Shown here piece by piece: positions 1 to 9,548 of a DNA stretch of 64,000 bases (position 1 is the stretch's first letter; each line of letters starts with the position of its first letter). The notes under the pieces were generated by a model, which ran no database searches, was not told where the DNA came from, and was given only the letters and a program-made list of their open reading frames with translations. The DNA is taken from contig CAVUVW010000016.1 of NCBI GenBank assembly GCA_963745035.1, positions 96,001 to 160,000 on the forward strand, read 5' to 3'. This DNA is from an uncultured delta proteobacterium (GTDB taxonomy: Bacteria > Desulfobacterota > Binatia > UBA9968). Position numbers and translations under genes: made by a program.

Positions 1-659
1 TTATGTTTTTCTCACGCGCAAGGAAGCCGGTCTCGGCAGTTTGGAAAAATTGCGCGCCGCTGCGGGCGTACGCATCGGCGCCCAGGAAGTTGGACACGAC
101 ATCTATATCACCGGGCGGCTGTTCGCCTACTTGCTGAATCTTAAAGGAGCCGCGGTTCGTCACCGGCTACGGCGGACCGGAAATCGACATCGCCATGGAG
201 CGCCGGGAATTGGACGGCAGGGCGAATGCGCTGGAAACCTTGGGTCAGCGCAACGCCGAGGAGATGAAAAAAGGACTGCTCGACCTACACGCGCTGGTGG
301 AAATTCCCAGAGGAAACCGGCCGGACGGTTTTGCGCGCTTACCCGAGATAGAAAGTTTCGCCAAATCCGACGTGGAACGAAAAGTACTGGCGATGTATCG
401 CTCCTTCAGGCTCGTCGGCACGCCCTACATTCTCGCGCCGGGAACACCCAAGGCGCAGGTGCAAATTCTCCAAGAGGCGTTTCGCAAAGCGCTCCAGGAT
501 CCTGAGTTTCATCGCGAGTTCAAAAAACTTTCCGGCTTCGATGCATCGCCGCTCATGCCGGAGGAGCAGGACAAAGCGATTCGCGAACTGCCGCGCGACC
601 GCGATGTCATCGAGCTTTTCAAAAAACTCTCCGGCGCCGAGCCATTGCCGGCGCGGTGA
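1..659 (+). CDS. TctC/Bug-family tripartite tricarboxylate transporter substrate-binding protein (5'-truncated by window, one frameshift near 145)
   Basis: ORF 41..505 (LEKLRAAAGVRIGAQEVGH) and ORF 195..659 (ELDGRAN...PGTPK...EPLPAR) are two halves of one protein that matches the paralogs at 38859, 48255 and 51615. There is an extra A in cttaaaggag. Confidence 0.8.
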
Positions 660-721
660 GCTATGATGGCCGTCTGCTGGCCGCGTATCGTGCTTCGAGA
701 TAATACTTCCCGTCGAGTGAC

Positions 722-1183
722 ATGACTCTCTTAGCAGTGTTTTTGATCGGTTTCTTCGCCGGGTTGCGCTCACTGACGGCGCCGGCGGCGACCGCTTGGG
801 CCGTCCATTTAAAATGGTTCAAACTCGATTATCCGTTGGCCTACATCGGCTCGTTCGCTTCGGTAGCGATACTGAGCGCGCTTGCGGCTATCGAGCTGAT
901 TGCGGACAAACTGCCGCAAACTCCGAGCCGCACGTCGCCGCCGGGTCTGATCGCGCGCATTGTTACGGGTGGATTTACCGGTGCATGCATCGCTGCCGGC
1001 GCAGGCCAAGGAATTTTTCTCGGCGCCGTGCTCGGCGTTGCGGGCGGCGTTGTAGGTTGTTTCGCCGGCTACCATGCACGCAGATGGATCGTGAGAACGC
1101 TAGGTACGCGAGACATTTACGTCGCCCTAATCGAGGATCTCGTGGCGATCGCGGGTTCCATGTGGGCCGTGTCGCGATTCTAA
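722..1183 (+). CDS. small membrane protein, DUF4126-like
   Basis: Hydrophobic 153 aa protein with GLRSLTAPA, ELIADKLP.TPSR and ALIED motifs. Confidence 0.65.
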   Translation: MTLLAVFLIGFFAGLRSLTAPAATAWAVHLKWFKLDYPLAYIGSFASVAILSALAAIELIADKLPQTPSRTSPPGLIARIVTGGFTGACIAAGAGQGIFLGAVLGVAGGVVGCFAGYHARRWIVRTLGTRDIYVALIEDLVAIAGSMWAVSRF

Positions 1184-1215
1184 GTTATCTATGCGCAGTT
1201 ACGATAGGGAGGGCC

Positions 1216-1489
1216 CTGGCAACTTCATGTGAACATTTGCAAGGCTTAACTTCCAAGGATTTTCCCTCGCAGAAAACTCCCAACGCGTGCGAGGAATGCC
1301 TAAGCGAAGGAACCGTTTTGGTCGCTCTGCCCGAGTGCCAAGCGTGCAGCCACGTGGGCTGCTGCGATTCCTCGACGGGTAACATGCGACCAAACATTCC
1401 ACGCGACCCAGCATCCGGTGATGCGCGCGATCCCGTCGGAGGCTTGGACGTAGTGCTATGTCCATGAGGCGCAGGGTAGCCCGGGCTGA
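1216..1489 (+). pseudogene. degraded UBP-type zinc finger (zf-UBP) protein
   Basis: Reads CEHL...CEECL...CQACSHVGCCDSS, then frameshifts into H.TQHPVMR...WT*CYVHE. The start codon is CTG after GGGAGG, there is an in-frame TAG at 1451-1453, and conserved residues are substituted. Confidence 0.65.
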
Positions 1490-1497
1490 TCCAGGGG

Positions 1498-2682
1498 CTA
1501 TTGTCGGGAAGCGCTATTTCTCTGCAGCACGTCCAGATACTTGACGCCGGCCGCCGTGTTGAAAATCAGCACTTCGTCGGCCGGCTTAATCCAATTGTCA
1601 GCGATCAAGCCGCGTAACGCGGCGACGCAAGCGGCGCCTTCCGGACAAAAGAATAGTCCTTCGGCTTTGCCGATGCGGGGAATTTCCGCCAGCATGTCTG
1701 CGTCGGTGACGCTCACCGCCGTGCCGCCGCTCTCGCGCAGTGCCTGCAATATCAAGAAATCGGCGACCGCCTGCGGCACGCGCAAACCCGATGCAACGGT
1801 GTGCGCGTTTTGCCATGGCTCGGCGGTTATCTTGTTTTCAGAAAACGCCTTGACGATGGGCGCGCAGCCGCTCGCTTGGACGGAAACCATGCGCGGCCGG
1901 GCCTTGCCGATCCAACCCAATTCCTCCAGCTCGGCAAAGGCTTTCCACATGCCGATGAGCCCTGTGCCCCCGCCGGTCGGGTAGATGATCACGTCCGGAA
2001 GGCGCCAGTCGAGCTGCTCGGCGATCTCGTAGCCCATGGTTTTTTTGCCTTCGACCCGATAGGGCTCCTTCAAAGTCGAGAGATCGAACCAGCCTTCCGC
2101 CGTTTTCTTCTCCGCGATGATGCGGCCGCAGTCGTTGATGAGGCCGTTCACCAGGGTGAGCTTGGCGCCGTACTGCGCGGCCTCGATTTGATTGGCCATC
2201 GGCGTGTCGCGGGGCATGAACACATGCGCTTCGATGCCGGCGCGCGCCGCATAGGCGGCAAAAGAACCGCCGGCGTTGCCGGCTGAAGGAATCGCGGCTT
2301 TTTTGACGCCGAGTTCTTTCGCTCGGGAAATCGCCACCGATAGCCCGCGGTCTTTGAACGACCCCGTGGGATTTTGCCCTTCGTCTTTGATCCAAAGCTT
2401 TCGCAAGCCGAGCTCCCCGCTGAGCCTATTCGCAGCGAGAAGCGGCGTGTAGCCCTCGCCCAAAGAAATCAGGTTGCCGTCGTCTTGAAGCGGCAATAGC
2501 TCGCGATAGCGCCACAGCGACGCGGGGCGCCGGGCGAAAGATGCTCTATCGAAAGCAGTTTTCGCTCGCTCGAGATCGTAGCGGACCAACAGCGGCGAGC
2601 CGCAAGGACAGAGATTAAGCAATTGCGAAAGTTCGAAGCGCTTTCCGCAACGGCTGCAGACGATTTCCCGGGCGAAGGACAT
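1498..2682 (-). CDS. thrC: threonine synthase (PLP, fold type II) with N-terminal Zn ribbon
   Basis: SLGEGYTPL, KDEGQNPTGSFKDRG (PLP Lys), PSAGNAG, YPTGGGTG, CPEGA; N-terminal CSRC/CPCG. Start placed at ATG 2682. Confidence 0.85.
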   Translation of the reverse strand: MSFAREIVCSRCGKRFELSQLLNLCPCGSPLLVRYDLERAKTAFDRASFARRPASLWRYRELLPLQDDGNLISLGEGYTPLLAANRLSGELGLRKLWIKDEGQNPTGSFKDRGLSVAISRAKELGVKKAAIPSAGNAGGSFAAYAARAGIEAHVFMPRDTPMANQIEAAQYGAKLTLVNGLINDCGRIIAEKKTAEGWFDLSTLKEPYRVEGKKTMGYEIAEQLDWRLPDVIIYPTGGGTGLIGMWKAFAELEELGWIGKARPRMVSVQASGCAPIVKAFSENKITAEPWQNAHTVASGLRVPQAVADFLILQALRESGGTAVSVTDADMLAEIPRIGKAEGLFFCPEGAACVAALRGLIADNWIKPADEVLIFNTAAGVKYLDVLQRNSASRQ

Positions 2683-2732
2683 AAGAGATCGAGCAAGAAG
2701 CTCAATGGATCTTAATCGCGGTCTGATTGGGA

Positions 2733-2989
2733 CTTCAAGCCGACCCGCTGAACCCTTTCGATCGATCCGGTGACTTACGAGTCGAACGTGATGGCAAACG
2801 CCCACAGAGGCGGCACGCATTCGTAACCACCAATGGGGGAGGAAAATGAAACTCACGAAGAAGATCCAACTCTGGCTAGCGTCGCTCTCGGTGGCTTCAT
2901 CCTATGCCGGGCGGGTCCGCGCGCGGTTGTCTTGCTTCCGGTCACGGCCTGTTCCCGGCAGGCTCGGAGCGGCTAGGCTCGGCTTGAGG
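2733..2989. ncRNA. candidate structured non-coding RNA (unassigned)
   Basis: Intergenic between divergent thrC and cydA. Nested complementary segments: tcaagccga 2735-2743 with tcggcttga 2979-2987, ctagc..cgctc with gagcg.gctag, cct..gccggg with cccggcagg. Confidence 0.35.
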
Positions 2990-3045
2990 GATTTTTGAGC
3001 TCCGAGCTTGAACGCCGCGGACGGCGGAGCTTAATTAAGAGGGCT

Positions 3046-4338
3046 ATGACGGACCTCTTCGCGGCGCGCTCGCAGATGGCGATTTCATTGGGTTTTCACA
3101 TCATCTTCGCAGCGATCGGCATCGCGATGCCGTTCTTGATGGCGATTTCCCATTGGCGCTGGCTCAAAACCAAAGAGCTGGTTTATCTGGACCTCACCAA
3201 AGCCTGGTCCAAGGGAGTGGCTATTTTCTTCGCCACGGGTGCTGTCTCGGGCACGGTGCTCTCGTTCGAGCTTGGGCTGCTCTGGCCCAAGTTTATGGAA
3301 TACGCGGGCCCGATCAGCGGGCTGCCGTTCGCATGGGAAGGCGCGGCTTTTTTTCTCGAAGCTATCGCTCTCGGGATTTTTCTCTACGGCTGGGATCGCA
3401 TTCATCCGTGGGCGCACTGGGCAAGCGGGATCGTCGTGGGCGTGAGCGGTGTCGCGTCCGGCATGTTTGTCATCTGCGCCAACGGCTGGATGAACGCGCC
3501 CGCCGGTTTCGACTGGGTGGACGGCAAGGCAATCAACATCGATCCGGTCGCGGCGATGTTCAATCGCGCCGCGCTTCAACAGGGATTGCACATGACGATC
3601 GCGGCATTCTGCGCCACCGGCTTCGCTGTCGCCGGCATTCACGCCATCGGCCTGCTGAAAAACTCGGTTTCGCGGTTTCACGCCGAAGCGTTTCGAATCG
3701 CGCTCGTCATCGGCGCGCTCGCAGCAATATTGCAGCCGCTACAGGGCGACCGGCTTGCCAAGCAGACGGCCGTGCTGCAGCCGGCGAAGCTTGCGGCGAT
3801 GGAATCGTTATTCTCCACGTCCAAGCCCGCGCCGCTGATCATCGGCGGCATTCCCTCGGAAGAAACCCAAACCGTCCGTTATGGAATCCACATCCCGAGA
3901 CTTCTGAGTTTCCTCGCCCACGGAGACTTCGAAGCCGAAGTCAAAGGACTCGACCAAGTGCCGCGCGAGAACTGGCCGCCTGTCGCTGTGGTCCACATCG
4001 CTTTTCAAATCATGATCGGCATCGGCACGCTGCTCGCGGCGCTCGGCGCGTGGTCCTTGTTTGCGTTATGGAAGAAACCAACGTGGCTGCGATCGAAAAA
4101 CGCGCTGCGGCTCTTCGCGCTGTGCACGCCGCTCGGCTTTATCGCCATCGAGGCAGGATGGACCGTGACGGAAGTCGGACGCCAACCCTGGATTATCTAT
4201 GGCATCATGAAAACAAAAGATGCCCTGACGCCGATGCCGGGCCTCATTTATCCAATGATGCTTTTCACCTTTGTCTATCTCATGCTGACGTTCATCGTTA
4301 CGTGGTTGATGGTGAGGCAGTTTAGACATGCTGGCTGA
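3046..4338 (+). CDS. cydA: cytochrome bd ubiquinol oxidase subunit I (short Q-loop type)
   Basis: SLGFHIIF (heme His), GAVSGTVLSFE, QPAKLAAME, GWTVTEVGRQPW. Confidence 0.95.
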   Translation: MTDLFAARSQMAISLGFHIIFAAIGIAMPFLMAISHWRWLKTKELVYLDLTKAWSKGVAIFFATGAVSGTVLSFELGLLWPKFMEYAGPISGLPFAWEGAAFFLEAIALGIFLYGWDRIHPWAHWASGIVVGVSGVASGMFVICANGWMNAPAGFDWVDGKAINIDPVAAMFNRAALQQGLHMTIAAFCATGFAVAGIHAIGLLKNSVSRFHAEAFRIALVIGALAAILQPLQGDRLAKQTAVLQPAKLAAMESLFSTSKPAPLIIGGIPSEETQTVRYGIHIPRLLSFLAHGDFEAEVKGLDQVPRENWPPVAVVHIAFQIMIGIGTLLAALGAWSLFALWKKPTWLRSKNALRLFALCTPLGFIAIEAGWTVTEVGRQPWIIYGIMKTKDALTPMPGLIYPMMLFTFVYLMLTFIVTWLMVRQFRHAG

Positions 4339-5362
4339 AGCGATAGCGTGTTTTCTCGCGGTCTCGATTCTTTTCTACTGCATCTTCGGCGGCGCCGACT
4401 TTGGCGGCGGTATGTTGGAAGCTTTTGCCGGAACGGCGCGACGCGAAGAACAGCGCAAAGTCATTGCCCATGCGATCGGCCCGGTGTGGGAAGCCAATCA
4501 CGTCTGGTTGATTCTCGCCGTGGTCATTTTGTTTACGGGTTTCCCGAAAGCCTACAGCGCGCTCTCGGTCACTTTCCATATTCCGCTGACTCTGATGTTG
4601 ATCGGCATCGTTCTTCGCGGCTGCGCGTTTACTTTTCGCCACTACGACGCGGTGCACGACGGCTCGCAGCGCTACTACTCGGCGATCTTTATCGCTTCGA
4701 GCTTTCTCACCTCGTTGATGCTGGGGGTCGTGGCCGGCGGCATGCTGCTCGGCGTTTCGAGCCCGCCCGAGGCTGGGTTCTATGCCTCGTTCGTCAGGCC
4801 GTGGGCCAACCTGTTTTGTTTCGCCGTCGGCGTGTTTACCTGCGTGTTGTTCGCGTTTCTTGCCGCGGTTTATCTCGTCGGCGAAACTCAAGACGCCGAG
4901 ATCAAGCGGATCTTCGCGCGCCGGGCGCTGGTGCTGAACGCGCTCGCTATTCTCGTCGGTATAGCCGTGTTCGCCGCGGCCGAGTTGGAAGGGCTGCCGC
5001 TGGCTCGGTTGTTTGCCGCAAGCCGTCTGAGCCTGGCTTCGATGATCGGCGCGACCGTTATTCTCTTGCCTCTGTGGATCGCGGTCCGGCGCGATGGCGT
5101 TCAGGCGGCAAGAATTCTCGTGGCCGCTCAGGTGGGCCTGGTTCTCGTCGGCTGGTACCGGCTGCAGTACCCGATCATCATCAATTCTTCGACGACGCCT
5201 CTGACGATTTACACGGCTGTGGCACCGGAGCCGACTTTGCGCTACTTGCTCTATGCGCTGGTCGCCGGGTCGGTGATTATCTTCCCGGCGCTGTTCTATT
5301 TGCTGAAGATTTTCAAATTGCGTGAAGCGGAAGAATCGACGACCGCTTCGTGGGCGAAATAA
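4328..5362 (+). CDS. cydB: cytochrome bd ubiquinol oxidase subunit II
   Basis: GGADFGGG, IGPVWEANHVWLI; overlaps the end of cydA. Confidence 0.95.
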   Translation: MLAEAIACFLAVSILFYCIFGGADFGGGMLEAFAGTARREEQRKVIAHAIGPVWEANHVWLILAVVILFTGFPKAYSALSVTFHIPLTLMLIGIVLRGCAFTFRHYDAVHDGSQRYYSAIFIASSFLTSLMLGVVAGGMLLGVSSPPEAGFYASFVRPWANLFCFAVGVFTCVLFAFLAAVYLVGETQDAEIKRIFARRALVLNALAILVGIAVFAAAELEGLPLARLFAASRLSLASMIGATVILLPLWIAVRRDGVQAARILVAAQVGLVLVGWYRLQYPIIINSSTTPLTIYTAVAPEPTLRYLLYALVAGSVIIFPALFYLLKIFKLREAEESTTASWAK

Positions 5363-5376
5363 ATCCTGGGCTTACG

Positions 5377-6426
5377 TTACTTCTTCGTGACTTCCTTGAG
5401 CAGCTTGTGCCAGCTTTCTAGCGATTCTTCGTACTGCGCCAGCGTTCCGCCTTTTTCCGGATACCAACGCTTGAAGCCATAATCTTTTCGGGCGCTGCCG
5501 AAGAATAAATCTTCGAGCAATTTTTGCCCCTCGGGGCTGAGAATGAAATCGGCGAAGAGCAGCGCGGCGTGGGGACGCTGAGCGTGAGCATAGACAGCGG
5601 CGCCACCGGCATTGGTCACGACCAGGTCCATCGGCACCCAGGCTACCGGCGCGCCGCGCTTGGCGGCCACGTTGGTGGCGCTGTAGAACTGGCTTGGCGA
5701 TGCGAAAATTTCGCCGGCGGCGACAAGCTGTGTCAAGGCGCTGCCCGCCATCATGTGCATTCTGATGTTCTGCTCTTTGAGCTTTCTTACGAATCCATCG
5801 CCTTTGGCGCGCACCATGGCGCCGAGGATTCGAGCGCCGGTGTCGTCACCCGATATGCCCATGTTGTCCTTTAGCGCGGGCCGGAGAAGGCCTTCGAAGT
5901 TTTTTGGCACGTCGGCGGCGTTCAGAAACCTGTTGTTGTAAGCGAAACCGATATACGACTCCCGCGCATTGGTCCAATAAACTAAATTCTTGGACGCCCT
6001 TTCTTTCGCTTCGTCGGGAAACGACGCGAGGTGCGGCGACGTGTATGGGAGCAAGAGTTTATTTTCGCGAAAAGTCAGCAGGCCGGGCAGAGTCGTTTCG
6101 ATGGCGTCGGCGAGATGGCGCTGCGCCTTGGCTTCGGTGAGAAGCCTTTGCGCGAGCGCCGAGGATCCGGTCCGGAACGTATCGACTTTGACGCCGGCAT
6201 ATTTCGCCTCGAAGGCCGAAGCGATTTGTTTGTTCTGCTCGGCGGCGAGTGTGGTGTACCAAACTACTTTGCCCTCGCGCTTGGCGCCCTCCAGCAGAAC
6301 GCGCTCACGATCCGCGCCGGTGTAAGATGCCAGGTCAGCGGCGGACAACGGTTTGCTCGTTTGACTCCAGGCCGGTGCGGTGGAGAGTGATAGCAACAGG
6401 AACAGAGTCGTAAAAGTTTTCATCAT
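5377..6426 (-). CDS. ABC transporter substrate-binding protein, AfuA/iron-thiamine type
   Basis: Signal peptide, EGAKREGKVVWYTT, PHAALLFADFILSPEGQ. Confidence 0.85.
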   Translation of the reverse strand: MMKTFTTLFLLLSLSTAPAWSQTSKPLSAADLASYTGADRERVLLEGAKREGKVVWYTTLAAEQNKQIASAFEAKYAGVKVDTFRTGSSALAQRLLTEAKAQRHLADAIETTLPGLLTFRENKLLLPYTSPHLASFPDEAKERASKNLVYWTNARESYIGFAYNNRFLNAADVPKNFEGLLRPALKDNMGISGDDTGARILGAMVRAKGDGFVRKLKEQNIRMHMMAGSALTQLVAAGEIFASPSQFYSATNVAAKRGAPVAWVPMDLVVTNAGGAAVYAHAQRPHAALLFADFILSPEGQKLLEDLFFGSARKDYGFKRWYPEKGGTLAQYEESLESWHKLLKEVTKK

Positions 6427-6451
6427 TTTTCCTTCTGTAGACTATGTCGGA

Positions 6452-6472
6452 GTCCTTCGACGAGCTCAGGAC
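6452..6472. repeat. short REP-like hairpin
   Basis: Intergenic gtccttcgacgagctcaggac with gtcct/aggac stem. Confidence 0.4.
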
Positions 6473-6529
6473 GAGCGGGGAAGCTACAATTATTAGACTA
6501 GGTGTTTTCGCACTGAGTTGCTTATCTTG

Positions 6530-7075
6530 CTAAGCCAATGGTTCTTTGTCGCTAGGCACCGCTACGGCGAATGCGTTGAGTGTCATCGCGACCATGGCGT
6601 AGAAGCCGATGGCGCTGACGAGCTCGACCATCACCTGTTCGCCGAACATCGCCATGCCGCGCTGCGTAACTCGCCTCGGACAACTGCGCGTGGTATTCAG
6701 CTCCATCGTGAGATCGTAAACCAGGCGTTCGTCCTCGTGCGTGAACTGCGGCGTGCGCCGCTCGCGGATCGCCTGAACGATTTCGGGCGAGATACCGAAC
6801 TTAAGCGCATAGGGCTCATGGATGAACCAGGCGTATTGCGCGGTGGCCAGGCGCGCGGCCACGAGAATCATCAGCTCAAGCAAGCGGCGTTCGAGTTTTA
6901 CCCGTGAGGCAAACATCTCCTGCAGCTTGAGCGTGCTGTCGCACAGCTCGGCATTGCGCAGCCAGACGGCGAACGGCCCGCGCATGTGGCCTCGCTCGCG
7001 GATCAGCCTGTCGTAGATGGCGCGCTGCTCCGGGGAGAGTTTGTCCGGATCGATCTCAGGTAAACGTGGCATCAT
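6530..7075 (-). CDS. carboxymuconolactone decarboxylase (CMD/AhpD-like) family protein
   Basis: RGPFAVWLRN, LELMILVAAR...QYAWFIH, ELVSAIGFY. A short compensated frameshift is likely around RSCPRRVT. Confidence 0.8.
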   Translation of the reverse strand: MMPRLPEIDPDKLSPEQRAIYDRLIRERGHMRGPFAVWLRNAELCDSTLKLQEMFASRVKLERRLLELMILVAARLATAQYAWFIHEPYALKFGISPEIVQAIRERRTPQFTHEDERLVYDLTMELNTTRSCPRRVTQRGMAMFGEQVMVELVSAIGFYAMVAMTLNAFAVAVPSDKEPLA

Positions 7076-7205
7076 CTTCCTCGAAGGCATTCAAATGTTC
7101 CAATCGTTCAACTTCGCGGAGTCTGCCCTCAGGTCCAAGGTGCAAGCCCTACTTGTGTTCCCTCCGTCACCGGAGAATCGCCCAAGTTCATATCGACATT
7201 CGGGC

Positions 7206-8216
7206 TCACTTGTAAAGCTTGTCGACGAACCCCGACTTGCCGATCTCGCTGAGGATGGAATTGTCGATGAAAGTTTCCGGCTTCGCCGCTTTGGCGCCGG
7301 GGTGGGTGGCGAAGTTAAGCATCGTTTGAACGGCGGCGGCCGGTACCAGCGGCAATCTTTCCCACGCCGGCAGGAATGTTTGATAGGAATTCTCCAAGTC
7401 GTTCACATCGGTCGTCTTCGTGTACTTGCCGATTACCTGCTTGGCGTACTCCGCATCGGTACGGGCAACTTTGATGCCTTCGAGATAGGCTTGCAGAAAC
7501 CGCCGCACGTTGTCGGGATTGGCTTTCATATAATCTTTCGTGCTGGCGAGGGCGGCGTGAATCATCGGGATATTTTGTTCCGTCACATTCACCAGTTCCT
7601 TTAAACCGGCATGCTGCGCTTTGAGCGTAGTCGGCGAAGTGAAGATGCCGGCGTCCGCATTCCCCTGGTTGATGCCGGCGAGGATCTCCACCATGCCTTT
7701 GAGGTAGAGGAGTTTGACGTCCTTGCCCGGGATCAAGCGGGCTTGTTGCAGCAACAGCCGCGCGGCGAAATCCGTGGTGGCGCCCGGCACCGTGACTGCC
7801 AGGACCTTTCCCTTCAAATCCGCGAGGGACTTGATTTCCGGCTTGGCATAGATCGACATCACCGCGCGATTCAGGATGCCCGCAATGTACACGACCGGCT
7901 CGCCAGTCAACCCGGCTTCGACGATCTCGCCGCCCGGATTGATGACCTCGAGATTCTTGCCGATCAGCGCCTGGGTAGCGGTAGCAGGCGCGATATATCT
8001 CAGATCGACGTTCAAGCCATATTTGCTGAAGAGATTTCTGTCCGCCGCGATCCACAACGGCGCAAAGGCGCCACTGAACGCCGCGTAATTTGCCCGCAGC
8101 ACGGGCGTTTCGCCGGCTGTCGACTGCGATGCGCCGCCGAAAACAGCGCACGTGACGGCGAGAACCAACCATGATGCGGCGGTGGGAAGTCGGAACCAGT
8201 TTATCGTAACTTTCAT
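7206..8216 (-). CDS. ABC substrate-binding protein, SsuA/NMT1-THI5 type
   Basis: Signal peptide, PLWIAADRNLFSKYGL, DLKGKVLAV, C-terminal GFVDKLYK. Confidence 0.85.
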   Translation of the reverse strand: MKVTINWFRLPTAASWLVLAVTCAVFGGASQSTAGETPVLRANYAAFSGAFAPLWIAADRNLFSKYGLNVDLRYIAPATATQALIGKNLEVINPGGEIVEAGLTGEPVVYIAGILNRAVMSIYAKPEIKSLADLKGKVLAVTVPGATTDFAARLLLQQARLIPGKDVKLLYLKGMVEILAGINQGNADAGIFTSPTTLKAQHAGLKELVNVTEQNIPMIHAALASTKDYMKANPDNVRRFLQAYLEGIKVARTDAEYAKQVIGKYTKTTDVNDLENSYQTFLPAWERLPLVPAAAVQTMLNFATHPGAKAAKPETFIDNSILSEIGKSGFVDKLYK

Positions 8217-8265
8217 CTAGCCTCCGAGGTGAAAATGTGAGCGCTTAATGCAGCGGCGTCGCTGC

Positions 8266-9069
8266 TTACCGCTCATGCTTCAAAATAGAAAGAAAATTAT
8301 CGGCAAAAACCTTCTTTAAGTCGTCTTCTTTGAGCTTCGCTGCTTTGGTCACGTGCTTGGAAATCTTTTCCACTTCCATGGGGAGAGGATTGTAAGGGTG
8401 ATCGGAGCCAAAGAGGATCTTGCTCGTGCCGACGCCACGGAAAGCTTCGAGCAATAGCGGCATCCAGCCGACCACAGAGGTTTCGAGGAATATGTTCTCG
8501 TTCTGCCGCGCCACCGCTACCGCAAGTTTCACGTACTCCGACACGCCCATGTGCCCCAAAATAACCGGCACGTCTTTGTAGCGCGCCGCGAGCTCCGCGA
8601 TCACGCCGGGGGACGCTTTGCTCGACATACCGGTGTGGAAAATAATCGGCACGCGGTAGCGCCGCGCTGCGTTGTAAATTGGCTCCATGAGCTCCGCTTC
8701 GTTGGGATCGAAGAACTCGATTTCCGGATGAAGCTTGATGCCTTTAAGTTTCAAAGTGCCGAGACAATGATCGAGAGCTTTCGCCGAAGCTTCCGGCCCG
8801 AAGTTGGGATTGATGCGGCAGAAACTGATAATCCGCTTTGGATACTTGGCCATTTCCTCGGCCATGATCTGATTCGCTTCGGAATAGTCGGTGTACGAGG
8901 CGCCCAAAGGAAACGCCACGGCGCAGTCGAGGCCCGCTTCGTCCAGATTGCGTACCAGATCGTCGCCGAGAAAACTGGCAACGCCATGCCCCAACGGCGT
9001 CTTGCGGCGACCGAGATGGGAGTGCGCGTCTATGGCGTAAAACTCCGAATCATCTATGCGTAGTGTCAT
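8266..9069 (-). CDS. amidohydrolase family protein (Amidohydro_2)
   Basis: IDAHSH, GIKLHP, FHTG, ILGHMG, FGSDHP. Confidence 0.88.
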   Translation of the reverse strand: MTLRIDDSEFYAIDAHSHLGRRKTPLGHGVASFLGDDLVRNLDEAGLDCAVAFPLGASYTDYSEANQIMAEEMAKYPKRIISFCRINPNFGPEASAKALDHCLGTLKLKGIKLHPEIEFFDPNEAELMEPIYNAARRYRVPIIFHTGMSSKASPGVIAELAARYKDVPVILGHMGVSEYVKLAVAVARQNENIFLETSVVGWMPLLLEAFRGVGTSKILFGSDHPYNPLPMEVEKISKHVTKAAKLKEDDLKKVFADNFLSILKHER

Positions 9070-9082
9070 GGGGTTTCTCCTT

Positions 9083-9535
9083 TCAAACTCTCCAGGAGCG
9101 GCGCCTCGGGAGAATCAAAGTGCAGCGTCCGGTGAGGATTTGCCGGTTCTGCTGGTTGGTGCCTTCAAGGTCGCAGATCACGAAGCTGTCCGATCCGTCG
9201 GATGACTTTTCTGCGATCTTCGCGCTAAAGCGCATCATATCTCCCTCGAAGGTCGAGTAAGTGTGGCGGACGCTGATCTTCTGAAGCCAACCGCGCGGGC
9301 CGATCCAGTCGGTAAGCATGCGCATGAGTAAAGCCTGCCGGTACGCGCCGCTGGCGATGAACGTCTTGAGTCCGTTGTGCTCGCGGACATGATCGCGATC
9401 GAAATGCAGATGCTGCCAATTCTCCTGCAAGCCGGCCCAGCGCACTGTGTCGACGATGGTGAGCGGCCCGTATTCGCGGGCGGTAATCTCGGCTCCGACG
9501 GCGACGTCTTCGAAGTGCACTTGGTCCATAACCAT
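9083..9535 (-). CDS. MaoC-like (hot-dog fold) acyl-CoA dehydratase
   Basis: FEDVAVG, RWAGLQENWQHLHFD, LTDWIGPRG. Confidence 0.8.
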   Translation of the reverse strand: MVMDQVHFEDVAVGAEITAREYGPLTIVDTVRWAGLQENWQHLHFDRDHVREHNGLKTFIASGAYRQALLMRMLTDWIGPRGWLQKISVRHTYSTFEGDMMRFSAKIAEKSSDGSDSFVICDLEGTNQQNRQILTGRCTLILPRRRSWRV

Positions 9536-9548
9536 TCCTAACCCATCA

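Noticed and set aside
2900-2965. SRP RNA, from the minus-strand caggccgtgaccggaagcaag
   Set aside because: It resembles the CAGG..GGAAGCAG domain IV motif but lacks the GNRA tetraloop and exact spacing. Left unassigned.
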